NCBI GenBank assembly: GCA_051362555.1
Contig: CM120643.1
Span: 27,160,848 to 27,224,847, forward strand
Source of the DNA: Lingula anatina
Lineage: Eukaryota; Animalia; Brachiopoda
DNA: 64,000 bases
Reading direction: 5' to 3'
This document shows, in pieces, positions 23,129-36,059 of the stretch (its first letter is position 1; each line of letters opens with the position of its first letter). Under the pieces are notes generated by a model that was not told the origin of the DNA, searched no databases, and saw only the letters and a program-made list of their open reading frames with translations. The position numbers and the translations under genes were made by a program.

Positions 23129-26100
23129 ATGTCACTTCAAGAGGAAATAGAAAGACAGCGTCATTTAATTGAAGAATTAGAGAGAGACATTGATCAATCT
23201 ATTCACTCTCTTTTAAGAGACATAAAGGGAGAACATTCACTTCTTACCAGTACACCGCACAATGTAGCTACTAGTACATCAATCAGTGAAGCTTCTATAA
23301 GCCCCATACCTCATCCAGGGACACCATACACATGTAGATCAGAGGGTATTTCCACAATGAATGCAGTGTCTGTGACATCTCCTGTCACAATGCCATCACT
23401 TAGTGCATTAAGTTCGAACATTCCAGCTTTCAGCCAGACGACATTCACATCTCACAATGTACCAGTTGTACCACAGTCTCAGTCTGCAATATCAACATCT
23501 AATATACCAGTGTCTGTTGCGGTACCACTCACACCTTTTCCTAAACCTGTTTGGACAATGCAGGCTGCCCCTCTCACTGCTTCGCATGCAACACAGTCCA
23601 TGACACCACAGGATGACCGTTTACTGGGAAGTATTCCTGTATCATGTGAATTACCTGCGACTTCTCAGCTTACAGTGCCATCTCCAGCTGTATTTAGTAC
23701 AAGCTCACCCGACTTTATTCACATATCACAACCAAATCTTTATCATCCCCATGGTGCAGTAGCATTCTCCGCATCTCAGACTCCGATTCCAACGAGATTT
23801 GAAACAACAGCGTCTGTCGCAGTGCCACCCGCACCCACGCCTGCATACGGTATTCCATCTCAGACTATACAACACAGTGCAGTATATACACCAGTATCTG
23901 AGGCTGTGCCACCAACAAGTGACTCATTGACCCCACTGATAGATGCAATGCAGTTGCCAAAGGTAGAATTGATGCCTTTTAATGGAAACCCTCTGCAGTA
24001 CCACCCATTTATGAGATCATTTGAAAACATGGTAGGACATAAAAATGTTCCTCATGCTGCAAAATTGGCCAGGCTCTTGCAATATTGTCGCGGCGAAGCT
24101 TATAATCTTATACAGTGTTGCTGTGTTATGGAACCAGAACAGGGATATGCCACGGCTTTAAAGTTATTGAAAGAAAGGTACGGAGACAGTTACACTATTT
24201 CCCAGGCCTGGATACAGAAAATCATGAATAGGGGACCGGTGACGGATAATGTAGCTTTACGTCACTTTGCTGATGAGTTGAGATGCTGTTTTGAAACCTT
24301 GCGTGCAGTTGGGAGAAAGGAAGACATAAATAGTGGGGACTACCTACTTAAGATTGTACAAAAGCTGCCCCAATATATTAAACCCAGATGGTTGAAGTTG
24401 GTACACAGTATCCGGTCTGAAGGAAGAAATCCTGACATAGGGGACTTGGTTAACTTTATCTCTTTAGCAGCAGACGAAAGGAATGACCCTGTTTTTGGCC
24501 AACTTCTGTCTACTAGCAGAGAAGGAAGGAACAGACAGATCACTGCCAATTACAGCACAAGTACCGACAGTCCACTGTGTGCCTGCTGTGGTTCACATCA
24601 CAGTTTATTTAACTGTGAAGAATTCAAAGGTTTGAGAGTACAAGATAGACTAACTTTAGCAAAACAGAAGAATTTATGTTTCAATTGTTTGAGAACAGGA
24701 CATGTGGCCTTAAGATGTCCAGTGAACCGAGTATGCTCAGTAGAAGGGTGTGAACAGAAGCATACGAAATTTCTACATCTACCCCAGAGAAATGCAAACC
24801 AGAATATAGATGAAACAAATACTGAAGAAGTTGCTTGTAATGCCACAGGGGCCGGGGTGGGCAAGCAAAAGATTGCACTTCCCATCATTAGTGTGAAGGT
24901 CCGTGGGCAAGGTCAAACCCAATTTGTTGAAACATACGCTCTTTTAGATAGTGGCTCAACTCAAAGTTTCTGTTCAGAAGAGTTAACGAGGTCATTGAAC
25001 TTGGAATCTACAAGAAAAATTCACAACATTGTTTTAAACACACTTGGTCACCAAAAGAGAGTATTCAGTAAATCTGTAAACTTGGAGGTGACAAATGCAG
25101 ATGAAACTTTGATATATGACATGACAGATATATTGACTAGGCCCAAGCTAAATATAGGCACTGATAATATTGTTACTCAGGAAGAGTTGGACAACTGGCA
25201 ACATTTGAAGGACATAAAGTTACCAGAAGTAGACATTGACCAAGTGCACATTCTTATCGTACAAGACATGCCAGAATTACTCAAACCAAGAGAGATCCGA
25301 GAAGGAAAGACAGGTATGCCATATGCAGTGAGAACAGCACTGGGATGGACAATCAACGGTCCAATTGGAGAAAGGTCAAGAGAAAATGTTGGAAGTTATT
25401 TTGTGAACACTTCCAATGAACTCCAGGACCAGATCAAGAACTTGTGGAAGCTAGATGGACATGATGAAGATTTTTTAGCTATGTCTGTCAATGACAAGAA
25501 GGTTATGACTATCTGGGAAAATTCATTACACTATGATGAAGAAGAAAAACATTACAGCATGGACATTCCATTCCAAGAGCAGCCACTAAATCTCCCAGAT
25601 AACTGGCCTGTGGCAAATTTCCGTTTACAGTGCCTCAAAAGAAGGTTACAGAAAGACAAGTGGCTCCAAGAAAAGTATGTTGAAAGTATGGTAGAACTAC
25701 GAGACAAAGGTTATGCAGAAGAGGTGAAAGAGGTCAGTAGAGATGATGGTTATGTTTGGTATCTGCCCCACCATCCAGTATTACACGCCAGAAAACCAGA
25801 TAAAGTACGTATTGTTTACGACTGTGCAGCCAAGCACAAAGGCATTTCCCTGAATGATGCAATATATCAAGGCCCAGACTTAACAAACAAACTGATTGGA
25901 GTTTTACTGCGTTTTAGGCATCACCCCGTTGCTTTCATGGCTGATATTGAAGGAATGTTTTTACAAGTTAAGGTGAATGAGAATCATCGTGACGTGCTTC
26001 GATTCTTGTGGTGGAAGGATGATGATATGAACAAACCAGTTCAAGTTTATAGAATGACAAGGCATTTGTTTGGAGGGGTATGGAGTCCAAGTTGTGCATC

Positions 26101-28731
26101 ATTTGCCCTACGGCGTACTGCGCTGGACAATTCCTTGAATTTCACCTCTCAGGCTATAGAAACTGTATTGCGGAATTTTTATGTTGATGACTGTCTCAAA
26201 TCAGTACCTGATACGCAGCATGCGATTCAGTTAGTTAAAGAATTGCGAGAATTATTGGCACTTGGAGGGTTCAAGCTTACGAAGTGGATAAGCAATTCAC
26301 GGGAACTCCAACACTCTATTCCAGAAGCAGAGTGGGCCAAAGGAATCCCAACCTTAGATCTTGAACAAGATGAATTACCTGTGGAGAGAGCATTAGGTGT
26401 TTTGTGGGATGTGGAATCTGACAAACTTGGGTTCAATACACTAGTCAAACAGAAACCCATTACCCGCCGAGGACTGTTAAGTGTTGTAAGCTCTGTGTAT
26501 GATCCCTTGGGATTTGTCAGCCCCTTTATTCAGAAAGCGAAAATGATGTTCCAGATGCTGTGCAAGTTGAAGATCGGCTGGGATGATCCATTACCAGAAG
26601 ACATAGCTCATCAGTGGAACAAGTGGCAAAATGACTTACCTTTGATCAATGAGATGAAAATTCAGCGATGTTTAGTACCACCAGCATTTGGTACCCCGAT
26701 TGATATTCAACTTCATCACTTCGCAGATGCATCTGAAAATGGGTATGGTGTCGTTACTTACCTACGTTTGACAAACGGAGAAGGCCACGTACACTGTGCA
26801 TTTGTCATGAGTAGAGCTAGATTAGCCCCTTGCTCAGCGACCACAATACCCAGATTGGAGTTGTCTGCAGCTGTTATGGCAGTAGATTTAGATGAATTGC
26901 TACGGAAGGAATTGGACTTTTCCTTTTCTCCTTCTGTCTTCTGGTCTGATAGCATGATAGTACTGCAATATATTGCAAATGAGGACAAGCGATTTAAGAC
27001 TTTCGTGGCAAACAGGATTGCTAAGATAAGAGAAGTGACCTCACCAACTCAGTGGAGGCATATAAGTAGCAAATTAAACCCAGCTGATGACGTATCACGT
27101 GGTGCGACGCCCCAAGAGTTGGTCAGTAAGGAACAGTGGATTTGTGGTCCCTGTTTTTTGCAGTTTCCTGAGGCGGAATGGCCTAGTTCACCTTACGTAG
27201 CAGAAGTAGAAGCTCATGATACTGAAGTAAAACAAGATGTTAGTGTCTACCATGCTGAGATTATGAAAACGGACATACTTGACAAGCTGATGGCAAGATA
27301 TTCCACTTGGAATGAGCTAAAGAAAGCAGTAGCGTGGATATTAAGAGCAAAGTCTGTACTTAGGAGTAAAGTCTTAAAAAGGGTACAGCAAACGTGTGAT
27401 TTGCTCTCTGTTGAAGAACTTAATGTGGCTGAAGAAGAGATTGTTAAGTATGTTCAAAGAAACATGACAAGGGAACAGTTTCAGAGCAAAGGTTTCAAAA
27501 GACTATCGCCAGAAACCTTACCCAGCGGCATTTGGGTGGTTGGCGGTCGTTTGAAATATTCCAGCCTTGTGGAGACAGCAAAACACCAGTGGATTTTGCC
27601 ACAAAAGCATCCAGTTGTTTCTTTGATAGTGAGACATTATCATAATGAAGCAGGGCATACAGGAGTGGAACATGTCCTTTCAGACATCAGACAGCGTTAT
27701 TGGATTATGAATGGCCGTGCTGCCGTTAAACGAGAGATCTATAGGTGTATGTTGTGCAGAAAGTTAAAGGCCCCGACACTTGAACAACGAATGGCTGATT
27801 TGCCGAAGAATCGCACAGAAGCATTTCTACCACCCTTTACTATAGTGGGTGTTGACTTTTTTGGACCATTCTTTGTAAAACGTGCACGTAGTGAAGAAAA
27901 GAGGTACGGTTGTCTGTTCACGTGCCTAACATGCAGAGCAATACACATTGAGATATCTCATTCACTAAGCACCGATTCGTTCCTGAATGCTATGCAGAGA
28001 TTCATTTGCCGACGAGGAGAACCTGAGGAAGTTCGCTCTGATAATGGAACCAATTTCACAGGAGCACATCGTGAACTGAGGGAACATATTAGTAGGTGGA
28101 ATCAAAACAAGATAACGGACTGTTTGCGTCAAAGGGAAATTAAGTGGGTGTTTAATCCTCCCTGCGCATCACATATGGGAGGGATATGGGAACGGCAAAT
28201 TAGAACAGTGCGATCAGTTCTCAGCTCATTGTTGACTCAACAACCGCTCAAGTTGGATGATGAGGCTCTTTGTACTCTTATGTGCATAGTGGAGAATATT
28301 GTGAATTCAAGGCCTATCACAAAGCTTTCTGATGATCCCAAAGACCTGCTGCCACTGACGCCTAATCATCTTTTACTGTTGCGTTCAGGACCAGTGTTAC
28401 CTCCTGGGGATTCGTGAAACAAGATATGTACCATAGGCGGTGGAAACAGGTTCAGTATATTGCTGACTTATTTTGGCAGCGTTGGCTAAAAGAATATCTG
28501 CCTTTGTTACAAGAGCGGCAAAAGTGGTTCAGTGTTAAGCGAAATCTCAAAGTTGGGGATTTGGTATTAGTGAAAGATGAAAGTACTCCGCGTCTGCAAT
28601 GGCCAATGGGCTTGGTGACAAATACAAGTCCAAGTATGGACGGCTGTGTTCGCTCAGTCCAAGTTAGAACACAACATGGAATCTTCAAGAGACCAGTGAC
28701 AAAACTTTGTCTTCTGGAAGGTGTAGACTGA
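23129..28731 (+). CDS. Bel/Pao Gag-Pol polyprotein, with a frameshift near 28410
   Basis: Gag (FNGNPLQY...F), three Cys/His knuckles (CACC..H...[21 protein letters not shown]), protease LLDSGS, RT FYVDD, RNase H FADAS, integrase HHCC plus VDFFGP/SDNGTNF/WER. The C-terminal domain ([17 protein letters not shown]) continues in another frame at 28414-28731. Confidence 0.95.
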
Positions 28732-28862
28732 TGTGACGGAGGTTAAAGTGGTAAAGTCATAGACCTTTTAATTACAACCTAGACATAATATAGTAATCTG
28801 GGACTGTAGTTAAATTTATAATATAATTTATGCAATGTGGGTACATGTGCATAAGGGGCCGG

Positions 28863-29430
28863 TGTAAGAATCGGATAACCGATTTCTTGTTTATTTTGAT
28901 TAATGTAAACTTAAGCGGCCCATTTGCGTGATCTTTTACGTGAGGAGGCAGGATTGCGAAGAAAATTGATGGACACTTCAACAGCGTGGCTGTTTTGTAG
29001 TTAGCATTCCGTAGGAATAGACTTTTTTTTTGCGACACTCCTTTGTGCTTTTATGATAGTTCAGACACCACATAGTATAATAACGTCAAGTTACTTAGAT
29101 GTTCAGTGATTTTGTAGAGGAAATTCAGCTTTCCAGGATAAAAAGGAATAATTGACATCCACGAAAGCCAGCAATGTGAGTTTTTTATGATTGCTCTGTT
29201 GTACTGTATTAGTTAGTTTAACATTCTTAATGCAGTTTAAAATTGTTTGTAACACTCTGTTTTATTTAAGAATACTTATTTATGTTTGTTTTTTTTTTTT
29301 TTTTGTTTTCGTTTTAGTCAGAACCATTGGACTACAAGTACATGCGTTTCTGATGCTGGTTATTGAAATAAACATACAGAATATTAATCAAGACTTTATT
29401 GTTTTCACTTAAGATCCGTGGGATCTTACA
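28863..29430 (+). repeat. 3' LTR (568 bp)
   Basis: Direct repeat of 22545-23106, followed by the TSD GTGTA. Confidence 0.95.
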
Positions 29431-30432
29431 GTGTATACATAAACATTGTAGACGTATCTCTTTCTTTCATTCTTCCTCTCTCCCTCTATCTTCCTTTTTC
29501 ATGTATACAATTTCCTGGGAATATCTCTTTGGTTGTCGTTTCTATCACCACGCCTTTCAATATCAAAGACAATTATAAGACGGACGTTTTGGAAATTCAT
29601 CGATGGGTTTCATGGCTGCTTCCTATTTTTATCAGCAAAGTCGAACAACTTTCCATAACAATATACACTGAAGAACAAACATATCTCCAGCAAACTGGTT
29701 CTGTTTATCTTTTGAGATAATTTAGGGTAAATAAGTTGAAGTCGCCTTCAATTTCAAGTAGTTAGATAAAAGTAATTTGAATCAACAGTGCACTTTTTGA
29801 AAGTCGTTAATTCCAGTCACACACACTGGATTTTGTCATAATGCACACCATTATAACTTTATCATTATAAATAGTAGTCATTAACTAATAGTTGACTCTC
29901 CCTCAGATTCTCCCACAGTCTTTTTTTCTTACTGGAAAATGCGCATCAAAAGTAAGTACATTTACCCTATTTTCAGAACAACAGAGACGTTTAAGAGTAT
30001 CTACGAGGAATTGCTTTTATCACAGTTGTGCTTACACATTTCATGTTTCATGTTGATCGACACTCGATGAGTAACTTCTTCAAATATATATATATTTAGA
30101 ATACTCGCGCCGTATAATGTATTTATTGGAAGCAACAAAGTGCATTACTTCCGCAGGCTACTTCCTCATAATTGCAAGAGAACAATATTCCATTAGCTAG
30201 TTATTTTCAACGCACCAAGTCCAGTAACTGATTGTTTTAATGTTTGTTTAGGCTGAAAGGGAGTTGCAATTCCTAGCGGGGTAAAACAAATCAATGTTTG
30301 GCATCTACAATGAGCTCGTGTCGTACAACTTCTATTTATATTACCACAGTACAGGGGTTCCTACGCATCGTTGAAAAATACCAATCGGTCTTTCCTTCTG
30401 TCCTTTGATGAAACGATGTTATAACAAGCACA

Positions 30433-33400
30433 ATGAAGGAATGGATACGGATCTTTTTAGTGATTTATCTAATCACAGGTGAAATAATATTTACTTTAAG
30501 CAGTTTACTATTTTATTTTATTAATAATTTAGTGTGTTGAGAAAGTTTGAGATAGTGTACTAGTTGGTTAAACCTTTAAATGTTTTGAGAAATGGCACGT
30601 GTAATGCATGTAATTGCCATGGTGTTGCACCATCATCAGTCACGAATTTCTTTGTAAAATGAATATATCTGTACATGGTATTTCTGGCAGCTACACGAGG
30701 GAATTCTGACATGGACCGTCTGCTTGAATATGTCAGCAACAAGACGAACTCCCTGTCTATCCCGCTACCTGAGGATGGAGGACCTCTGCCTTTCAGAATC
30801 CTACTGAGGCTAAGCGCCGTATACAACCTGGTATGTGGTCAATTATGTCATCATATTCACTTAAGGAATTAAAGTCTAAGAAATTGACTCGCAGCTCTTC
30901 CTACATTCAGTGGTATTTAATGTCGGGCTGTCTTCAATTTTCTCACTGTTCTAGCTTACTACACACCACAGCCAAGAAACACTTATATTAGATACACTTA
31001 TACATATATACAGTGTGTAGCCATGGGAAAATGCCATGGCGCAAGAGGAAAACGGACAAGCCCTGTCCGTTGCGGTTGAAAGCGGAGAGCGACAGTTAAA
31101 ATTACCAGTACACTTTGACATATTCCTTGAGTGTTTGACAGACTTTTCAAAATGCTAGGAATATGACGTACATTTGAAACATTTAAAGTAACATTTCTTT
31201 TTAAAATAATTTTTCTTGCAATTCAGGACGAAGTTCACCAAACGCTGACTACAAGTTTATTGTTCATTATGGTGAGTTTTCCCTGTAACAATTAGGCCAG
31301 TATAACGTGAAGCGGTACTTACTTCATTATTTCAGCAAAATGATTTTAACACTATACCTCAATTTATTTTGAAGCATTTGTATTTTACGGTTTTAATTAC
31401 GTACAGTGTGTCTATTCATATAGCCTTCATATAGCCGTCGCATACGCCGCCGTCGACGTGCACTTTCCACTCTCAAAGCGATAAATTGGAAAAAGAATGA
31501 CTTTTTATCATCGAACTAACTGGCCTGCTAAAGGACTAAAATACATGTTAAGTTCGAATAGCAGCTTTACTGGGCAATTTACTTTAATTCTGCAGTAGGT
31601 GATATTGATGTTTAGCACCATGCACATCTAATTTTTTTCGGCGTCATCATAATTCTGAACTTAATGTCTGTACATTTGTTAAGCTTTGCTGCCTTGTTGC
31701 ATCCTCATCTAAGATACATACGAACATTGAACGTATAGCTTACTCTGAGGGAATATTATGTAACACTTTGTGAAAAACTTGAAAGGAGATCTATGCACAC
31801 ACATACACACTCACACTGTATTCACTGTCAAAAGATATGTGCGCAACATTCTTAGTTTAAGTACCTTCATGTTTTACAGCACTGGACAGACTATAGACTC
31901 AGGTGGAATCCAGCAGAGTTCGGCAATATTTCCTTGATAACCCTACCCTTACACATGGTCTGGAAGCCGGACATTCAGATTTCAAACAGGTGTGTATATG
32001 ATAAATTTTAACCATGAACAAGAAACTGGTTTAAAACTGCAGTGGGCCTTCTTTGTTAATATCTGAGGTAAAACGAAACCAAAAGAGGTGATATTTTTAT
32101 AGACATATATTAAAAAGAAGGGAAATGAAATGACATTTACTGGATATTAGATTTTAACAAGCATTTTTCCCACAACAGTAAGTAAGGCAGCAGGTAGATT
32201 TCATTTATTTTTGTTTTATGCTCCATAACTGTTTTGTTCGCAGTGCAGACGACAACCTCCTGCTATACAGCGCCACGCTAGGGGAGGCAGTCACGTGCAG
32301 ATTGTTCTCCAGTGGCGTCATTGAGTGGACTCCTCTTCGTCACGCGTCTACCACGTGTCCAGTAGATGTTTACTTTTATCCATTCGACACCCAGTCATGC
32401 AGACTTTACATAATGTCCCCGACGTTACCAAACACTTATATCAATTGGATAATTGAGTCGCCTATCGACGATACCCAAGGCACAAAGCTTTCGTTGACAG
32501 AATGGGAAACTGCGGCCCTGAATCACTCCACAATCCAAGTACACGATGATGAAGACAATATAGCAATAACTGTCTTGGTATATATAATACGAATTCAACG
32601 ACATCTTTCCTTCTTTTCGCTCACGATTTTTCTACCTTCAGCACTTCTTGCAGCCCTTACCCTGGCCATGTTCTGGGTTCCTCCCCAGTCCACCGATAGA
32701 ATGTCTATGGGTAAGTGCATATTTCATGTACACCTTACATACCGGTACCTTGACAAATTTGGCTTGCAAGTATGTTTTAGTCGAACGCATGCATTGCAGT
32801 ATATATGTTAAAAAAAAAAAGCAGATGGATCGGAAAAATCATGGAATTCTACTCTTCCCAGTTGAAATTTGCCTCTACATTTTTACAGTCAAAGGGGTTA
32901 GATCATGCTAAGTATTACAATCATAATCACAAATATATATAATCACACATCAAGTAATTTATTGAATTATCATATAACCTGTTATGAATTGATCCTAAGC
33001 CTGTTTATACATTTCTTAAGCAAAGAGAGCTGGACAATGGCACTACACTATAAAATAACATAGAATGGTTAATTGTGCCAAACCAAATCAAGTCCGTGAT
33101 TCCAAGTTAATACTTTGTTTCCAGGAATGGCCATATGGACCTGTCTCTGTGTGGTCTTACTGGTGTTAGTCGGTATCGTCCCCGGTGCTGGGGGCAGGAT
33201 CCCCCTACTGGGTGAGACATATACAACATAGCCTCCACTTAAGTAGTATACAAAATGCTCTAAGAGATTTAATTTCCAAAGTTGTCATAATTTACTATGT
33301 ACAAATCAAGTGACCTTGTAATCAGTAAATATAAACTCGCAATTTGTTTGCAAACATTTGATAATTATACATCTATTTATGTATTGTTTGTACATAGAGT

Positions 33401-34084
33401 AACAGAATCAGTGAATGCATAAATTGTCTATGTAATGTAATTGTTTTACGTGGCAATAACATAATGTTATGCAGGTTCTTTCTTCATCCTGAATCTGGTT
33501 CTTGTGACTGCTACGATGATCGTCATGATTGGTACGACAAGAATGGCGGAAAACTGCACCCCCGTGCCTCGGTGGCTCAGCAAGGTAAGGTGTAAGTGAT
33601 CAATGATTTTAAGAATGATTTGAATTTTTCTTCAGTCAACAGCTAATATTGAGATAGGTTTTACCTCCAATATTTCGATGTCTATCAGGACATCTTCTTG
33701 AGGGAATGAGGCTATCCAGGTGAATAGCCTCTACTCAGGAGGTGTACTTGCCCCCCCCCCCCCCCCATTGTCTTAGGAAAGGGAGGTAGAGGTCAGAGAG
33801 GATGGCACCATCATTTCTATTGAGACTGGTCCCTGTCTTTTTTATGTGGATGGCTTCCAGAACTTTTCTGTAATTTTCCCTTGGCTCACTGTCAATCACC
33901 TTGATTTTGTCGATTATAGGGCCATACGCTACTTTATGTCCAGATTGTTCCTCATGCTGGCTTAATGCTGACTTGCTGTTTCTATTATTGACTGACTTTT
34001 GGTGTTCGGCTATTCTCTCTGACACTGATCTTCCCGTTTCGCCTATATATTTCTCACCACACCCCTCACATTCCATTTCATAGA

Positions 34085-34119
<35 letters not shown>

Positions 34120-35850
34120 GTAGAGGCTATTCACCTGGATAGCCTCATTCCCTGAAGAAGCAGTGAAAAACAGCTTATTGATTTACGTCATGCCGCTTAT
34201 ATAATCATGTTTAGTTTAGAGACCTTGAACATTTTTAGAATGTCAACCTCACAACACGTGTACGTTTTCAGAACACTGGGGGCAGTAACGTGTACATAGA
34301 TGTATCCATCACTTGCCCCCCCCCCCCCCTCCCCCCCCCCCCCCGCCCCCCCCCCCGTCTATGAAATGGAATGTGAGGGGTGTGGTGAGAAATATATAGG
34401 CGAAACGGGAAGATCAGTGTCAGAGAGAATAGCCGAACACCAAAAGTCAGTCAATAATAGAGACAGCAAGTCAGCATTAAGCCAGCATGAGGAACAATCT
34501 GGACATAAAGTAGCGTATGGCCCTATAATCGACAAAATCAAGGTGATTGACAGTGAGCCAAGGGAAAATTACAGAAAAGTTCTGGAAGCCATCCACATAA
34601 AAAAGACAGGGGCCAGTCTCAATAGAAATGATGGTGCCATCCTCTCTGACCTCTACCTCCCTTTCCTAAGACAATGGGGGGGGGGGGGCAAGTACACCTC
34701 CTGAGTAGAGGCTATTCACCTGGATAGCCTCATTCCCTGAAGAAGATGTCCTGATAGACATCGAAATATTGGAGGTAAAACCTATCTCAATATTAGCTGT
34801 TGACTGAAGAAAATTCAAATCATTCTTATAACTTAACACAGCTGATGAAATTCTTCTCTGGATCAATGATTTTATTTTTAATCATAACAGGTTGTTTTGG
34901 TTTGTCATAGGACTTTGTGTCATTTCAAGTGAATTAAGCAGTAAAATACGATATTTTTAAAGTGAGCTTCGTAGGACTTTGTGTCATTTCAAGTGGATTA
35001 AGCAGTAAAATACGATATTTTAAAGTGAGCTTCGTTTCACAGAGAAGTAAGTTTTATTGACCTGTGGGTCTATATTTTTTACAATTTCATCAGATGAGAA
35101 AAATCATAAGTATACAGTAAAAATACGAAGTGGTAATATATCAAGAATTATCTTAACAAAAGTAGCTATGGTGCGCACCGTGTCAACATAACAATAAGTA
35201 AAGTTGATGAAGAGCTTCTCGAATAAATTCAAAATAGATTTTTTTTCCCTATTAACGATGAGTAAGACTGGGTAGTTATTTGGTAGGTATTGTGGTCTGG
35301 GCTTCTATTAATTTACAGTGGAGCAAAATGTTAAGTTAACACTTACACTCATGGCGTGTAGCGCCAAATTCATAGAGCCGCGTTTTGTTATTTATTTTAA
35401 TGTTATTCATTTATTTATTTATTTATTTATTTTGTGCTCTGAGCGTCCATCGTCCGGTCTCAATACCTGTGTTACTATGGGCACTGCGTCTCATATTTTC
35501 TTTTTAAAGAACACGCGTTCATTCTCAGGAAACGTACTCCATATTACATTTCTCAGGTTGGAGAGAACGTAGTGGCGCCCTTGGTTTGCATATGTAATGC
35601 AGGTTGTTATCAATGGAAAGCCGTTGAACCCCAAGGAAATCTTCGGAGGAAGACTTCACTGCCTGAATCTACCAATGAGAACCTGAACAGTGACAATAAC
35701 GAATCAATCTGCGCCACTGCTAAAGAGGACATCCAGAAATACAGAAAGGAGTGGCAGCGTATTGCAAGCATATTCGATCGGCTTTTTTTCTGGTTATTCT
35801 TTATAGGGATGATGGTTTTCAGCTTGTGGACATTATTTAATATATTTTAG
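30433..35850 (+). CDS. Divergent nAChR-like Cys-loop channel subunit, copy B (about 432 aa, 8 exons)
   Basis: Exons 30433-30478, 30691-30830, 31227-31271, 31880-31989, 32244-32710, 33125-33211, 33475-33584, 35557-35850. Cys-loop CPVDVYFYPFDTQSC; M2 TDRMSMGMAIWTCLCV; EWQRIASIFDRLFFW. Confidence 0.9.
33610..34860. mobile_element. Penelope-like element insertion: two inverted, 5'-truncated copies (GIY-YIG endonuclease plus 3' pLTR)
   Basis: Near-identical ORFs 33735..34076 (-) and 34300..34704 (+) read VYEMECEGCGEKYIGETGRSVSERIAEH...LEAIHI...LNRNDG, the PLE GIY-YIG domain. The insertion is flanked by the 14-bp direct repeat GATCAATGATTTTA (33598-33611 and 34861-34874). Confidence 0.92.
34733..34774 (+). 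ncRNA. Minimal hammerhead ribozyme motif of the Penelope pLTR type
   Basis: TTCC-CTGAAGA-A-GATGTC-ctgata-GACATC-GAAA-TA-TT-GGAG: CUGANGA and GAAA cores, a 6-bp stem II, a palindromic minimal stem III (AUAU) and stem I TTCC/GGAG. Confidence 0.7.
34908..35033. repeat. Tandem duplication of a unit of about 63 bp (2 copies)
   Basis: TAGGACTTTGTGTCATTTCAAGTG...AAAGTGAGCTTCG occurs twice back to back. Confidence 0.85.
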
Positions 35851-36059
35851 TGTGGAAAACATCTGGATATTTCAAAGGTTTATTGACACTTCTTACATCT
35901 GTATTGAAAATGTTTATTAGCATGTGCATTTTCACGGCGGGCGGTTCATTCGAAGGCAGTACATGCCCACAGAAACTGTATGCTTTTCTCTACTCTTGCA
36001 CAGATGCCTTTGAAGTACAGGGTATTACATACCTAAGTAATTACATAGAAAGCTATGCA

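Larger units (their letters stand above)
22545..29430 (+). mobile_element. Full-length Bel/Pao LTR retrotransposon
   Basis: LTRs 22545-23106 and 28863-29430, both TG...CA. 5-bp TSD GTGTA at 22540-22544 and 29431-29435. Purine-rich tract ATAAGGGGCCGG before the 3' LTR. Internal gag-pol ORF. Confidence 0.97.

Noticed and set aside
24340-28688. Several antisense ORFs within the Bel/Pao element
   Set aside because: Short shadows of the pol reading frame with no recognisable motifs; there is no room for an env gene before the 3' LTR.
34086-34336. Long G and C runs as functional G-quadruplexes or a poly-Pro N-terminus
   Set aside because: They sit at PLE junctions, and homopolymer length is unreliable in assemblies.
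34800-34860. Further CTGAAGA / CTGATGA hammerhead-like cores
   Set aside because: No stem II followed by GAAA in the right arrangement.
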